Origin: a virus
Lineage: Duplodnaviria > Caudoviricetes
IMG/VR virus record: IMGVR_UViG_3300030329_003145
Span: 1 to 57,841 of that record
Reading direction: 5' to 3' (one strand)
DNA length: 57,841 bases
Shown: positions 34,351 through 43,734 of the stretch, one piece after another
How the letters are laid out: every line of letters starts with the position of its first letter
How positions within the stretch are numbered: the first letter of the stretch is position 1
Notes under the pieces: generated by a model
What the model was told of the DNA's origin: nothing
What the model saw: only the letters and a program-made list of their open reading frames with translations
The model's database searches: none
Made by a program: the position numbers and the translations under genes

Positions 34351-34453
34351 CAAGACGATCTTCCAAGGCGTCGAGATGTCTGTCTCTTTGCAGGCGCACG
34401 AATTCGACATAAGCCTCTAAAGCAGCAGTTAGAAGACGCAGGAAAGCCTTCAC
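34220..34453 (-). CDS. i-spanin-like protein (Rz-like)
   Basis: Weakly hydrophobic N-terminus followed by coiled coil; GTGA overlap with the holin; overlapped by the lipoprotein gene. Confidence 0.5.
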   Translation of the reverse strand: MKAFLRLLTAALEAYVEFVRLQRDRHLDALEDRLDALASIGDPASKLLMERVAQRIDRERKRLVRSSDDHSDRGENV

Positions 34454-34629
34454 TTAGACTTAGCCTTGCCCACATTGAGGGCGAGCCAGCTAATGACGCC
34501 TGAGATTCTTTGCACCCATTTGTTATCCGATTCATTCGGAGTCATGGTTGCGACTAGTGAGGCCACCGCAATAACGCTGGCTGCAATTTGCAGAAGTTGC
34601 TCTGCATTCTCTGTGATGTATTGAATCAT
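34450..34629 (-). CDS. holin-like 59-aa membrane protein
   Basis: Translated by hand: MIQYITENAEQLLQIAASVIAVASLVATMTPNESDNKWVQRISGVISWLALNVGKAKSK; TM segment, TP..D.. turn, amphipathic helix. Confidence 0.65.
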   Translation of the reverse strand: MIQYITENAEQLLQIAASVIAVASLVATMTPNESDNKWVQRISGVISWLALNVGKAKSK

Positions 34630-34637
34630 GGTGGGGG

Positions 34638-35645
34638 TTACATTACGTTTGGTATAGCGCCCCCAATACCATCAGGGGCAAAATGGACAGCAGGTTTAGC
34701 AGCGCCTCGATAAGAATCGAGTTGCTCCTCTAAAAGACTACGGCAAATGGCCCAATGATAATTTGCACGTTCCAGGTCCGCGTTCTCATCAGCCGTGTTT
34801 CCCAACATAGCGTGTTTGATGGCGTTCAAACTAGACACATAAACAACATCCGTAGTGTCGAGCAGCTTTTTGAACTTCCGTTTGAGGAGCGCCCTGATCT
34901 GCATCGTGTCGGAATTATCATTAGAGATACGGTAGCGGCGATAGCGAGTTACTTGATTGGCCTGACGAAGGTCGGTTGCGGCTACAAGCGAGGCTGAAGA
35001 TCCTGTCTCCTCCCAAGTGAGCTTGACAGGAGCAGACAGTTCATCAGTTCCTACACGAATCTCACTGATGCTGGTAATGCTCGTAGTGCTGGTTGTAAGG
35101 CTGGCCTGTCCCCCACAATTAAACCGACCTCCCATAGATACTGAATGATCTGCGGTTGGTGAGGAAATGCCCGTCCCATCAGAAAAAGTTACATGGACTT
35201 TTCCTGATGCGGGAATCGTTGTGGCGGGGCTGATCGGTTGCAGCTTTAAGGAATAAGTCTTACCCGCCACAGGCTCCTCGACGGTGGCTGAGTAGCCGTC
35301 GTCCACAATGCCATACGCGGCCAGAGTGTCGTCGTCGTCGTCACGGCCAGTAAGCCGGTAATCGTGGAATTGCGAACGGATGACCCTCGGGTAAGAATGG
35401 TCGGTCGAGGTAGAATCCGTATCAACAACGGCTGAAATAATTGATTCTGCGTCGTCGGGGATAGTGAACGTGCTCCCCGAAGTAGTGATAACGTGCTCAA
35501 ATAACAGGTCGCGCCACATTCCCATATTGTAGAGGCGAGGAAGAGCCAGATTCAATTCTTTCAGGAACTGAGCAGAATTAGCTCCCCTGGACCCGCATAC
35601 TTCCAGCAGGGCATCTTCCACGCCTTGGACGGTCAATGTGGCCAT
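34638..35645 (-). CDS. putative head-tail adaptor / tail tubular protein
   Basis: 335 aa; helical N- and C-termini flanking a beta-rich insert; late-gene context. Confidence 0.45.
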   Translation of the reverse strand: MATLTVQGVEDALLEVCGSRGANSAQFLKELNLALPRLYNMGMWRDLLFEHVITTSGSTFTIPDDAESIISAVVDTDSTSTDHSYPRVIRSQFHDYRLTGRDDDDDTLAAYGIVDDGYSATVEEPVAGKTYSLKLQPISPATTIPASGKVHVTFSDGTGISSPTADHSVSMGGRFNCGGQASLTTSTTSITSISEIRVGTDELSAPVKLTWEETGSSASLVAATDLRQANQVTRYRRYRISNDNSDTMQIRALLKRKFKKLLDTTDVVYVSSLNAIKHAMLGNTADENADLERANYHWAICRSLLEEQLDSYRGAAKPAVHFAPDGIGGAIPNVM

Positions 35646-35650
35646 GATGA

Positions 35651-35722
35651 AAGCTAACAGATAGTGGGTTAAGGGTCAAGAGAGAGCCCCCGAGTTGCTT
35701 TTTGATCCTAAGTGTTTAATAT
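35651..35722. promoter_or_regulatory. divergent leaderless-type promoters
   Basis: - strand TTGACC(35679)-N17-TAGCTT, 5 nt to ATG 35645; + strand TTGCTT(35695)-N16-TAATAT, 6 nt to ATG 35729. Confidence 0.6.
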
Positions 35723-35728
35723 AGTGAA

Positions 35729-36754
35729 ATGGCGAATGGGCTGACTAAAATATTAGGGCTCTTGGCGTCTTCATTTATTGCGGCTGCGCCCGCGCAGGAA
35801 ACGGTAACCCCGTTGTTTGGATTTCACACTGAACTGGTAGAAGCTAACACGGCTACACCGATCAGCGTTAATGTTACACGAACAAGGGACGGGATTCATA
35901 GCCAGACAATTGCTCAAACTTTTGGGCCGTATAACGAGTCAGGGCTACAGGAAGGTAGTGCCGAAGATAGAGTAGCCGACATTGTCTGGGTCAAGGAAGG
36001 TAACAGGTGGCTCCAGTTCTACTTTAATAACGGCTGGAAAGCCGTGGGGTATCGGAACGCCGATATGTCAGGGTATGCCATCCCACATGATAGAGGGTTC
36101 TTTATCGAATCTCGCGCTGATAACGACTGGCTAATTGCTTTCGGCGGGTATGTTCGCCAAGACCCAATGGTCTATTATGTTACTCAGGGGTTTAACATAT
36201 TGAACAGGGGGTTTCCGATTCCTATCCCTTTGCATCATTCAGGAATCGAAAGATCACACGGGTTCGGTCCAGACGACATTGTGTGGCTCTACGACGAGGG
36301 GGGTGTGTATAACAGATACTATTACGAAGGGGGCTGGAAAAAGATCGGCTCCAGTGGGGACTATGGCGAAGTAGTTATTCCATCTACACTTGTGATCCAG
36401 ACAATGGGTAAAGGAGGAAGGGTAGTGCTATTTCCGCCGCAGGGCCTTCAGAAATCCAAGACCCTGCCGAACAAAACACTGGTCCCGCCGCCGCCAATGC
36501 CGCAAGTGGGCATGGCTTTTACCCAGAACGAACGAGGCACTGAACTGTTCCAGATTTCATGGAACGCCTGGGGGCCGAAGGTTCTCTACCGGACAGAGGT
36601 GTTTGAAGAGAACTGGTTTGAAATCTCGGCCAAGTCGGGCCACCCACAACAGACACTTTTTGACGAGGCGATCATGGTGACCGCCGCAGGTCGTATCAGG
36701 CTACGTTGGGGGATCGCAAGAGTGAGAGCCGAGTGGGGCGGGAAAACGGATTGA
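35729..36754 (+). CDS. secreted protein resembling the Verrucomicrobia TIGR02597 family
   Basis: Signal peptide ending APA-Q; TPLFGF; TIAQTFGPYNESGL; duplicated DIVW....Y....GWK.VG units; IPHDRGFFI; GFNILNRGFP. Confidence 0.55.
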   Translation: MANGLTKILGLLASSFIAAAPAQETVTPLFGFHTELVEANTATPISVNVTRTRDGIHSQTIAQTFGPYNESGLQEGSAEDRVADIVWVKEGNRWLQFYFNNGWKAVGYRNADMSGYAIPHDRGFFIESRADNDWLIAFGGYVRQDPMVYYVTQGFNILNRGFPIPIPLHHSGIERSHGFGPDDIVWLYDEGGVYNRYYYEGGWKKIGSSGDYGEVVIPSTLVIQTMGKGGRVVLFPPQGLQKSKTLPNKTLVPPPPMPQVGMAFTQNERGTELFQISWNAWGPKVLYRTEVFEENWFEISAKSGHPQQTLFDEAIMVTAAGRIRLRWGIARVRAEWGGKTD

Positions 36755-37126
36755 GTAATCGGGGTCTTTTGCGTTTTCCTGTGCTTTTATGTAGTCAGGA
36801 AAATCTTTGTTTTTAACGGAAAAAATCCTGACAGGCATAGTTGTGTAACCATTATCCAGCAAGACCGTGGCCCTGTGTCGGCCCGCGTGTTCTGTGACCC
36901 TGCCGTCTTGTATGACTAGGTGTGGGAGAAGAAAAAAGGGGAGTCCTGCATTAAAAGCATTTCTCGCGTGGGGTCTTTCTTCTTTGGCTAAGAACCTAGA
37001 AAGGCTCAAAAAGTCTTGGATATTAAATTCAAACAAAGACCATTCAAACCCACTGTAACCCACAGGGGCTTCTTCAAAGATACCCTTTGCAAAACAAGCA
37101 GTCGCGCATTTAGCTGCCAGTGTCAT
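36701..37126 (-). CDS. ParB/Srx-like domain protein
   Basis: LPHLVI...VTEHAGRHRATV...MPV resembles the G-H/R-H-R motif of ParB-N folds. Confidence 0.5.
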   Translation of the reverse strand: MTLAAKCATACFAKGIFEEAPVGYSGFEWSLFEFNIQDFLSLSRFLAKEERPHARNAFNAGLPFFLLPHLVIQDGRVTEHAGRHRATVLLDNGYTTMPVRIFSVKNKDFPDYIKAQENAKDPDYSIRFPAPLGSHSCDPPT

Positions 37127-37865
37127 TCACTCTACCAAGGAGGAAGATCGACCAATGGACATCACTAGATATGTCTTGGGTCACTTGTGCATCTTCGTTC
37201 ACAGACCCTAATTTTACACGGTATGTTCCTACTTCAATAGTGCCGTCTCCAGTGGTCTGTCTGTCAAGGGCGCTATGGCCAATAGCAACAGCAGGTATGT
37301 CTGACTGAGCCGTCGTCCCGTCTACTGTCACCCAGCACTTGGTGACCTTATCGGCATGGTCAAGGTCAACTTTCCAATAGAGGTAAACGTCACCATACCC
37401 GTCCAGTTGATGATATTTTGTGTCGTTGTCGTTAAAGTTAATCCCCGAAGTCATTGATGCGCCGTCTTCCGTGTCTATTGTAGGGACTTTTGCGTTTAGA
37501 CCGTCTACAACATTTTGTCCTGAGCGACCGTGATTGTGGGCTGCGTTTGTTTGGGCTGTAACCCCTCCATGCGTGGGGAAACTTTCTCCGTCCTGCTGCG
37601 TCCCTGACGGCCATGTATCAGTATCAATATCCTCCGCTAACAAAGTGCCGTCACCGTTTATCCCATAGTAAAGATTGATCTGGTCAATCCTCCAAAGCAA
37701 CTGCCCATAAGCAACCTTCGCCCCGCCCTCACCGTGCATCAGCGCAAACGCATGGGGGCGGTGCAGGATCTCAGGGTCTTCGGGAGGGTTTGTTCCGGCA
37801 TCAAAGCTACCGATAACAGACCCATCAGGGTAGGTGGTAGGGGGGATATCTTCTAATTCGGCCAT
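37110..37865 (-). CDS. putative tail protein
   Basis: 251-aa acidic beta-rich ORF in the tail cluster. Confidence 0.5.
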   Translation of the reverse strand: MAELEDIPPTTYPDGSVIGSFDAGTNPPEDPEILHRPHAFALMHGEGGAKVAYGQLLWRIDQINLYYGINGDGTLLAEDIDTDTWPSGTQQDGESFPTHGGVTAQTNAAHNHGRSGQNVVDGLNAKVPTIDTEDGASMTSGINFNDNDTKYHQLDGYGDVYLYWKVDLDHADKVTKCWVTVDGTTAQSDIPAVAIGHSALDRQTTGDGTIEVGTYRVKLGSVNEDAQVTQDISSDVHWSIFLLGRVNDTGS

Positions 37866-39487
37866 CAGGAAGGAGGATGAACTGAAACAACTTCAAGTAG
37901 ATACCCGCCACGGAAAGGCTTCTGGCTAACCGCTCCAGTAAACGCGCTAGACGGCCAGTCAGTCGGGTCAGATGCCCTACACCAAGGTTTAGGGAATGCA
38001 TATTCGCCCAGCTTGTATGTAGGGTGTTCCGTGCCAATAAAGTCAATCAAGGTAATAGCCTGGGTGAGAACATTAGAAACGCTCACGTTGTATTGAACGC
38101 CTCGGTAAACGGCACTAGACGTTTTGAAAACAGTAGGGTCAGGTATGCTGTCAGACGAAGTGAACTTCGTTTTTTTCCACACCTGCTTCACAGTCATCTT
38201 AGTCGGGCCGCTAAAACCGTCCTTGCCCTCCTTCATTCGTACAGTCACCGTGGTCTGGCTGGCTCCGTCTTTTCTGTTGGCCGTGTTAAAGTGCAGGCTG
38301 TCAACAACAGAGGGCCATGTGAAGTTCTGCCAAGTGTCGTAACTACGTATAACTTTTCCGTTATACTCATCCGAAAGACCCTGCGGGATTACATCTTGGA
38401 TAGTTACCTGCCACCAGTCCTTGCTGAGTTGCTGGGTTTCAAAGTTTTGGCCCGCAGTGCTCAACCCCCAATTAGCTTCAGCCTCGTAAGCGGTAGTTCC
38501 GGCTTCTCTGGCCCCTGCGGGGGTCGTAAAGTTTTCACCCCGATGAACTAGCTTCACAACTGTTTTTAAGATCCCCCCAGTCGCGGGGTCTAACGACTGC
38601 GAAACAATATCAATGCGAAGAAAATAAACCCGCTGTTCGACAACAAACAAAGCATCTAGTTCCTGATCTCCGATGCGCTTTTGCTGGCGCGTCATCAGGA
38701 TGTAATCAGTGGAAACTAATTCTTCGTCGGTTGTGGACCCCGCACCGTCGTGGTATTCCACTAAGTTTTGCGCCCTAAACACATTGCCTGGATCAGGCAT
38801 CAGGTCGCCCGCATTGTAATTAGCGTCGGGGTCTACAAAGTCTGAGCGGAGATTAACGTAGGTGCGGACAACGGTATTGTATTTATTACCCCCTAAGTCG
38901 GCCTGGCTATACTCGAAGTTGTAGTCATCTTGGTGCTGGCGGTCGGCGGCATAGTAATACTGGAAAAACAAACCATTCGCATCCGCTTGCTTTACATGGC
39001 ATAACTTATGGTTTGGGAATTTTTCTGTATCGGGGTGAGCCGTCCCATACTGAGGATGGGTCTTGTAGACGAGGGTGTTGGCAGCCGTTACATCAGATGC
39101 TGTCCACGAACTGGTGGAGCCGGTGCCACGCACAAAATACTTAAATGTATTTGTATCCTCCTCCCTTATTTCAAACGTCCCGTTTGCGCTAAGGCCATTA
39201 CTGCCAGCAGGGGCATTTTCAACCGTGACTACATCTCCGACAGCATAACCGTGGGATGCAGAAGTTACCTGAACAAGGAACCCTACTTCATGGTAGTCAG
39301 AGTCAGTAACAGACCCAGCCGTGTTTGACTGAGTCGCAGACGAAATAGCCGTTACCGTTTTACCTCCCCCAGCCCCAATGGTCTTTGCATCAACCGTTTC
39401 GTAGAACAGCAGGTCCGCAACGCTTGGTGATACAAACGAGAGGACACTCTGACGTTCTGGCGAAGGTTGGTTGCGTTGGATGGGCAT
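37865..39487 (-). CDS. putative tail protein with FCCH-like beta domain
   Basis: VTSASHGYAVGDVVTV...NGTFEI...NTFKY motif seen in phage tail proteins. Confidence 0.6.
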   Translation of the reverse strand: MPIQRNQPSPERQSVLSFVSPSVADLLFYETVDAKTIGAGGGKTVTAISSATQSNTAGSVTDSDYHEVGFLVQVTSASHGYAVGDVVTVENAPAGSNGLSANGTFEIREEDTNTFKYFVRGTGSTSSWTASDVTAANTLVYKTHPQYGTAHPDTEKFPNHKLCHVKQADANGLFFQYYYAADRQHQDDYNFEYSQADLGGNKYNTVVRTYVNLRSDFVDPDANYNAGDLMPDPGNVFRAQNLVEYHDGAGSTTDEELVSTDYILMTRQQKRIGDQELDALFVVEQRVYFLRIDIVSQSLDPATGGILKTVVKLVHRGENFTTPAGAREAGTTAYEAEANWGLSTAGQNFETQQLSKDWWQVTIQDVIPQGLSDEYNGKVIRSYDTWQNFTWPSVVDSLHFNTANRKDGASQTTVTVRMKEGKDGFSGPTKMTVKQVWKKTKFTSSDSIPDPTVFKTSSAVYRGVQYNVSVSNVLTQAITLIDFIGTEHPTYKLGEYAFPKPWCRASDPTDWPSSAFTGAVSQKPFRGGYLLEVVSVHPPS

Positions 39488-39493
39488 GGTTCA

Positions 39494-39730
39494 CTATTCG
39501 GGGGGATCAACGGGTTCTGTCCATTCTTCAGTCTGCAAGATGGCCAGCATCTCAGAATGAGTATTGGTCGTCTTGCCCACCAGAAAATCTGGAGTGTCCC
39601 CTTCAAATTTAACAAAGGTTTTATCTCCGTTTAATGAAAACCGAAGAGTTTCGGCAGAATCCTCAATGACTTCGTTGAAGTTGATATTCACAACCTCGTC
39701 AGCATCCAGTATGACAAATGTTCTACTCAT
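39494..39730 (-). CDS. small acidic tail-associated protein
   Basis: 78 aa (SAETLRFSLNGDKTFVKFEGDTP) directly after the LamG gene. Confidence 0.65.
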   Translation of the reverse strand: MSRTFVILDADEVVNINFNEVIEDSAETLRFSLNGDKTFVKFEGDTPDFLVGKTTNTHSEMLAILQTEEWTEPVDPPE

Positions 39731-39732
39731 GG

Positions 39733-40500
39733 TTAGCTTGGGACATCACTAGCAAAGGCAGACCCACCTGCAAGGGTGCCATCATTACTTCCGCTTCCTT
39801 GGTCGGTTATGGTGCTTCCGGTTCCACTGTCATTATCTCCGCATCTCCAGTAAGCCCACAGCGTGTCTGAGTTATCGTAATTTCCTGCGTCAACAGTCAA
39901 ATCGGTAGGTTCTCCTGAATTATAAATCGCAGTGATTGCATCAGCATCCAAGGCTTCTGTCCAGATACCTACCTCATCAACATGACCGTCAATGGTGTTG
40001 GTTAGCGTGATGCCGCCACTGGCGTGGGAGTTCGTCCCACCCAAAAAGAAATTGGAAGGTGGGTTCTTGGACGACCCCGGAACGTAGCTATGGCTAGAGC
40101 ATTCGGCTGCATTAACATATGTTTTCAGTGTGCCTCCAGAAGTTCCGGTCAACACCATGTGATACCAGTTACCAGTGGACATAGCACCAGCACTGATGCT
40201 CCCGTAGGAAGACCCTGCCTGATAACCAGCGTATGTATAGGCCCCTCCGTAAGTTCCCATATAGAACTGCTTGCCTGAAGTGCTAACCCCAATCGCATTG
40301 ATGCCGCCCGTGATTACATCGAACTTGGCCCAATATGCGAGTGACCCTCCGTTGTGGAGGAAGTCAATGTCTGTTCCCGTAGCACAACTAACGTAATCGT
40401 CAGACCCGTCCGTGTCGATGGAGTAGGTGTTACTCCACGAAGCAGGAGGGGCGTGCCGCTTCTGGTGCGCGGCCAGACCGAGTGACTGTCCTAGACGCAT
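39733..40500 (-). CDS. LamG/concanavalin A-like lectin domain virion protein
   Basis: DGSDDYV, WYHMVLT, KTYVN, GHVDEVGIW and IYNSG motifs; start ATG 40500 by TAATG overlap. Confidence 0.85.
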   Translation of the reverse strand: MRLGQSLGLAAHQKRHAPPASWSNTYSIDTDGSDDYVSCATGTDIDFLHNGGSLAYWAKFDVITGGINAIGVSTSGKQFYMGTYGGAYTYAGYQAGSSYGSISAGAMSTGNWYHMVLTGTSGGTLKTYVNAAECSSHSYVPGSSKNPPSNFFLGGTNSHASGGITLTNTIDGHVDEVGIWTEALDADAITAIYNSGEPTDLTVDAGNYDNSDTLWAYWRCGDNDSGTGSTITDQGSGSNDGTLAGGSAFASDVPS

Positions 40501-40832
40501 TAGACTGCGTGGTAACAAAGGACGGTTCCAGAGCGGAGCTTTACGGCTTCAAACTGACCGTAGATAGTTACTCCCACAGGAATCTCAAGGCCAGCCGCAT
40601 CACTCGTTCTCTTGAACTGCTTGGCTGCGGTAGACGAATCAACGAGACCGCGCCAGATGGTGCAGTCCCCGTCAGCGGCGGCGTCACTGTCATTATCGTT
40701 GCCGTCAAATACTGCGGCTTCAAGAATGAGAATCGCGCAATAGCCACCAGCCCGATTAGCTCCTTCAGTTCCAGTGAGCATAGTTGCCCCTGCCTGGCCG
40801 AATGATTGTTTGTCGATATTGGATGTTGCCAT
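40500..40832 (-). CDS. small virion structural protein
   Basis: 110 aa; C-terminal IPVGVTIYGQFEAVKLRSGTVLCY beta motif. Confidence 0.6.
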   Translation of the reverse strand: MATSNIDKQSFGQAGATMLTGTEGANRAGGYCAILILEAAVFDGNDNDSDAAADGDCTIWRGLVDSSTAAKQFKRTSDAAGLEIPVGVTIYGQFEAVKLRSGTVLCYHAV

Positions 40833-40849
40833 GATTGGTTGTTGTTAAA

Positions 40850-41464
40850 TTATGCTTCTGTGAGGGTGTAGCGGTATTTGACGAAGTAGGTCAAAGTAAC
40901 CTGTGTGTCACTGTCATACCCACTCGACCCAGCTACTGATAGATCTTTTTTAGTAACGCCGTCTAACTCATAAACTGTTCCCGTGGTGGTTGTGTCTAAT
41001 TCCAAGATATAGGTGCCGGAATCATCGCCCGCAGTCGAAGCCACCATATACGCTGTTCCAACAGTGGCCGCATCATCGAGAACAATAGCGCCTGCTGACG
41101 ACGCGCTAGTTATCCCTTTTCCAGATATAGTGGCGGTAGGGCATTTCACATTGACGGGGTGATCTGGGCCTACAGATATAAGATTAGCCACCCCTGCGGG
41201 AATACTAATGTCGTAGGCACTTGTGTCCATGCTAACACTCAAAGCCCCATAGTTGTTGTTATTTTTAATGAGTAACAAACCTTCAGCCCCATCAATAGTC
41301 CCCACATCAAGGGCCGCACCAGCCACTAGCGCAACGGCGGCTCCCGCAGAATACTCATGTGATTTATGAGAATAGGTGAGCGTAGAGGCTGTTGTGTTAA
41401 AAGACTCGTTGTGAGTATGCGCCCCGTAGGTCAGGGAAACAGATCCTGATATGTTAGTGGACAT
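40850..41464 (-). CDS. Ser/Thr/Ala-rich beta structural protein
   Basis: 204 aa; own promoter TTGCAC(41502)-N16-TAGACT. Confidence 0.6.
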   Translation of the reverse strand: MSTNISGSVSLTYGAHTHNESFNTTASTLTYSHKSHEYSAGAAVALVAGAALDVGTIDGAEGLLLIKNNNNYGALSVSMDTSAYDISIPAGVANLISVGPDHPVNVKCPTATISGKGITSASSAGAIVLDDAATVGTAYMVASTAGDDSGTYILELDTTTTGTVYELDGVTKKDLSVAGSSGYDSDTQVTLTYFVKYRYTLTEA

Positions 41465-41507
41465 ACGTTAAAACAGTCTACGATTTCTAACTAAAAGTGC
41501 AAGGCTA

Positions 41508-41849
41508 CTAAGGCATCCGCTTTTCTACCATTACCATGAACCCACCGGTAACTGGATCGGGCTCATCACGGCCATGTTTACCGTGACTGCTCATAACGTA
41601 GTCGCGGACAGAATCGAGATAGTCGGTTGCCAGGATGATCTTTTTTTTAACCCATTCCTCTTCCAGATGGGGGGTAGAACACTTGGAAAAATGTTCCAAC
41701 AACTCACACGCATTCTGATGGGCGTTGGTCAACTGGTGGATGACCATCTTATGGGCGTCGTCAACGTGACCCCCGTGCGGGTGCTCCTTTTTATGGGGAG
41801 CACCCGCCTCGGGAGAATCCACGGAAACCATGCCCTCGTCTTTATACAT
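41508..41849 (-). CDS. hypothetical helical-hairpin protein
   Basis: M..HQL......A.EL...LEEEWVKKKIILATDYLDSVRDY motif. Confidence 0.65.
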   Translation of the reverse strand: MYKDEGMVSVDSPEAGAPHKKEHPHGGHVDDAHKMVIHQLTNAHQNACELLEHFSKCSTPHLEEEWVKKKIILATDYLDSVRDYVMSSHGKHGRDEPDPVTGGFMVMVEKRMP

Positions 41850-43017
41850 AGTCGAACCGACGATAAAGTTTCAGGGCAAATTGATTATCCGTCATGTCGC
41901 CTTGGCCACCTTGCTCGGCAAGAAGTTGCTCGATCTCCCCCATTTTCCTGCGGTCCATACTAGACTTAGGGTCAAAAGGACCGCCGTGGGCAACTTTAAA
42001 AAGCTCTTCTAGACTACTCGAAGATGGTTGAGGCGAAGCAGTAGGAACTTCAGCAGAAGATACGGCGTCCTCCATTCCTTCGGGAAGATCTTGGTCAAAA
42101 GCCGTGTCATACTCTTCTCCTGTAGGATCTTCTAAAGCGGTCGGAGACCCTTCTTTGATGCCCGCGAGCATACGGTCTTTAGCGGTAGTGCGAGGCAGTT
42201 GTTTAGGGGTGGGCTTCTCAGCGGGAGTCTCAGCGGGAGTCTCAGCGGGAGTCTCAGCGGCAAGGTCAGCGGTAGTCTCAGCGGTTGTTTTCGCCGCAGA
42301 GGCAGCAGCTTTTCGGGCGGCTTCACGATCCGCCTTCATCTTCTCGCCCGCAGCTTTGGTCTCAGCCAACATCTTGTCGGCCTTGATGCGCTCGGCTACT
42401 TGGGCATCCGATTCAGGAGGATCAACTGTGAAGTCTTCGTCGTCGTCAACTTCAATACCCGTTGCGTCAGTAAACTCTCGGCGTTTCTGAGCCATCCGCT
42501 TGTCTGCGTTGTAATAATCATCAGCAGAAACCGCCTCGGTGTATTTAGCAGCAGGGTCGGGTTTAACATCGGCTAAGGCTTTTTCGCGTTCGGCCTCCAT
42601 CTCAGGAGAATCCAAGCGAGCAAGAAGCTCCGCAGTCGTCTCAGGCGCTTCCCCGCTCTCAGGGAATTGCCGCTGCTCAGTCAAGAGGGCTTGGATGTCG
42701 CGGAGGTTCTTCAAGGCTTGTACTTCCGGTGAAAGTCCAGCGGGAGTGTCTTTAGTAGCCATCGCGTCCCCCAATTTGCCCTGCTGAAATCTAATGAAAT
42801 CATCAATAATCTTTGGGTCTTTCTGCACTTGGGCAAGAAAGGATTCCATCATCGACCGCATTTTACTGACGGCATCGCGCCTCGCGGGGCCGGTTACGCC
42901 AGTTGCCGCTTTGTTAGCGGCTTTATACAGGTCCGTTGAGCTTTGTCCGCTCCGCAAATAATCTTCTACGGCTTCAATAAAACTGGGTGAGTACTCACCA
43001 TATTCTCCTACAGGCAT
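41842..43017 (-). CDS. hypothetical acidic late protein with AETP repeats
   Basis: 391 aa; 12-nt repeat CTCAGCGGGAGT x3 at about 42217-42252. Confidence 0.75.
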   Translation of the reverse strand: MPVGEYGEYSPSFIEAVEDYLRSGQSSTDLYKAANKAATGVTGPARRDAVSKMRSMMESFLAQVQKDPKIIDDFIRFQQGKLGDAMATKDTPAGLSPEVQALKNLRDIQALLTEQRQFPESGEAPETTAELLARLDSPEMEAEREKALADVKPDPAAKYTEAVSADDYYNADKRMAQKRREFTDATGIEVDDDEDFTVDPPESDAQVAERIKADKMLAETKAAGEKMKADREAARKAAASAAKTTAETTADLAAETPAETPAETPAEKPTPKQLPRTTAKDRMLAGIKEGSPTALEDPTGEEYDTAFDQDLPEGMEDAVSSAEVPTASPQPSSSSLEELFKVAHGGPFDPKSSMDRRKMGEIEQLLAEQGGQGDMTDNQFALKLYRRFDYV

Positions 43018-43031
43018 GATAAAAAGTGGTT

Positions 43032-43075
43032 AAAAGAAATCCCGAACCCCGAAGGGTGATCCAGGGTTCGGGATT
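43032..43075 (-). terminator. intrinsic terminator after the capsid operon
   Basis: AATCCCGAACCC/GGGTTCGGGATT 12-bp stem followed by TCTTTT on the - strand. Confidence 0.8.
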
Positions 43076-43100
43076 AATGGTTAAGGTTGAGGGGGTGGGA

Positions 43101-43670
43101 TTACTGTGCGGGAATCAGATCAACGTAGTCGTTAATGTCGATGACATTAACAAGAAGGACAAGCTGGCCTGTAGTTGCAGTGCTAAGGTTTTGGCTACCT
43201 CCGTTAGTAAACGTAACACGTAGCAAGTCTGCGTCTGTAGGATCGCTCACGGCTGAAGCGGCATCTTCCGCAGGAGTTTCAATGGCGTCACCACTATTCT
43301 TGGTGATCCCCACAGTTTTCATATCCAGATTATCAATGTAGTCGTCAAGGTCTTCATCCTGAATTCCGACATCAATAACCGCCGTTCCACTAGGGTTAAA
43401 CGCTTTTGTCACAACAACAGCAGCTTTATCAACACGATGAGTAGATGAAAAGGTGAGTAGATCAACAGTAGTAGAGGTAGCATCAACAGCGTATGACGCG
43501 CTATCGAAGTTAAACAACCAAGCGTGGCTATATCCTCCCAAAATCTGGGCAGCGGGAACCTGTTGAATCAGGCTGCTCGCACCAGAATCTTTGTTAGAAA
43601 TAACAAGGCTATCGTTAGCTGCAATGGCTACGTTTTTAACGAGCGTGGTGGTATCATCTAGAGTAGGCAT
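43101..43670 (-). CDS. putative capsid decoration/cement protein
   Basis: Follows the MCP gene; VVTKAFN..GTAVIDVG...DLDDY jelly-roll-like pattern. Confidence 0.6.
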   Translation of the reverse strand: MPTLDDTTTLVKNVAIAANDSLVISNKDSGASSLIQQVPAAQILGGYSHAWLFNFDSASYAVDATSTTVDLLTFSSTHRVDKAAVVVTKAFNPSGTAVIDVGIQDEDLDDYIDNLDMKTVGITKNSGDAIETPAEDAASAVSDPTDADLLRVTFTNGGSQNLSTATTGQLVLLVNVIDINDYVDLIPAQ

Positions 43671-43690
43671 AGTCGTAGAGTGGGTTATGC

Positions 43691-43721
43691 GCGGGGTAGC
43701 AGTGTTAAGCCGCTACCCCGC
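43691..43721 (-). other. strong hairpin after the MCP stop, no U tract
   Basis: GCGGGGTAGC/GCTACCCCGC perfect 10-bp stem. Confidence 0.65.
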
Positions 43722-43734
43722 ACAAGTTATGAAC

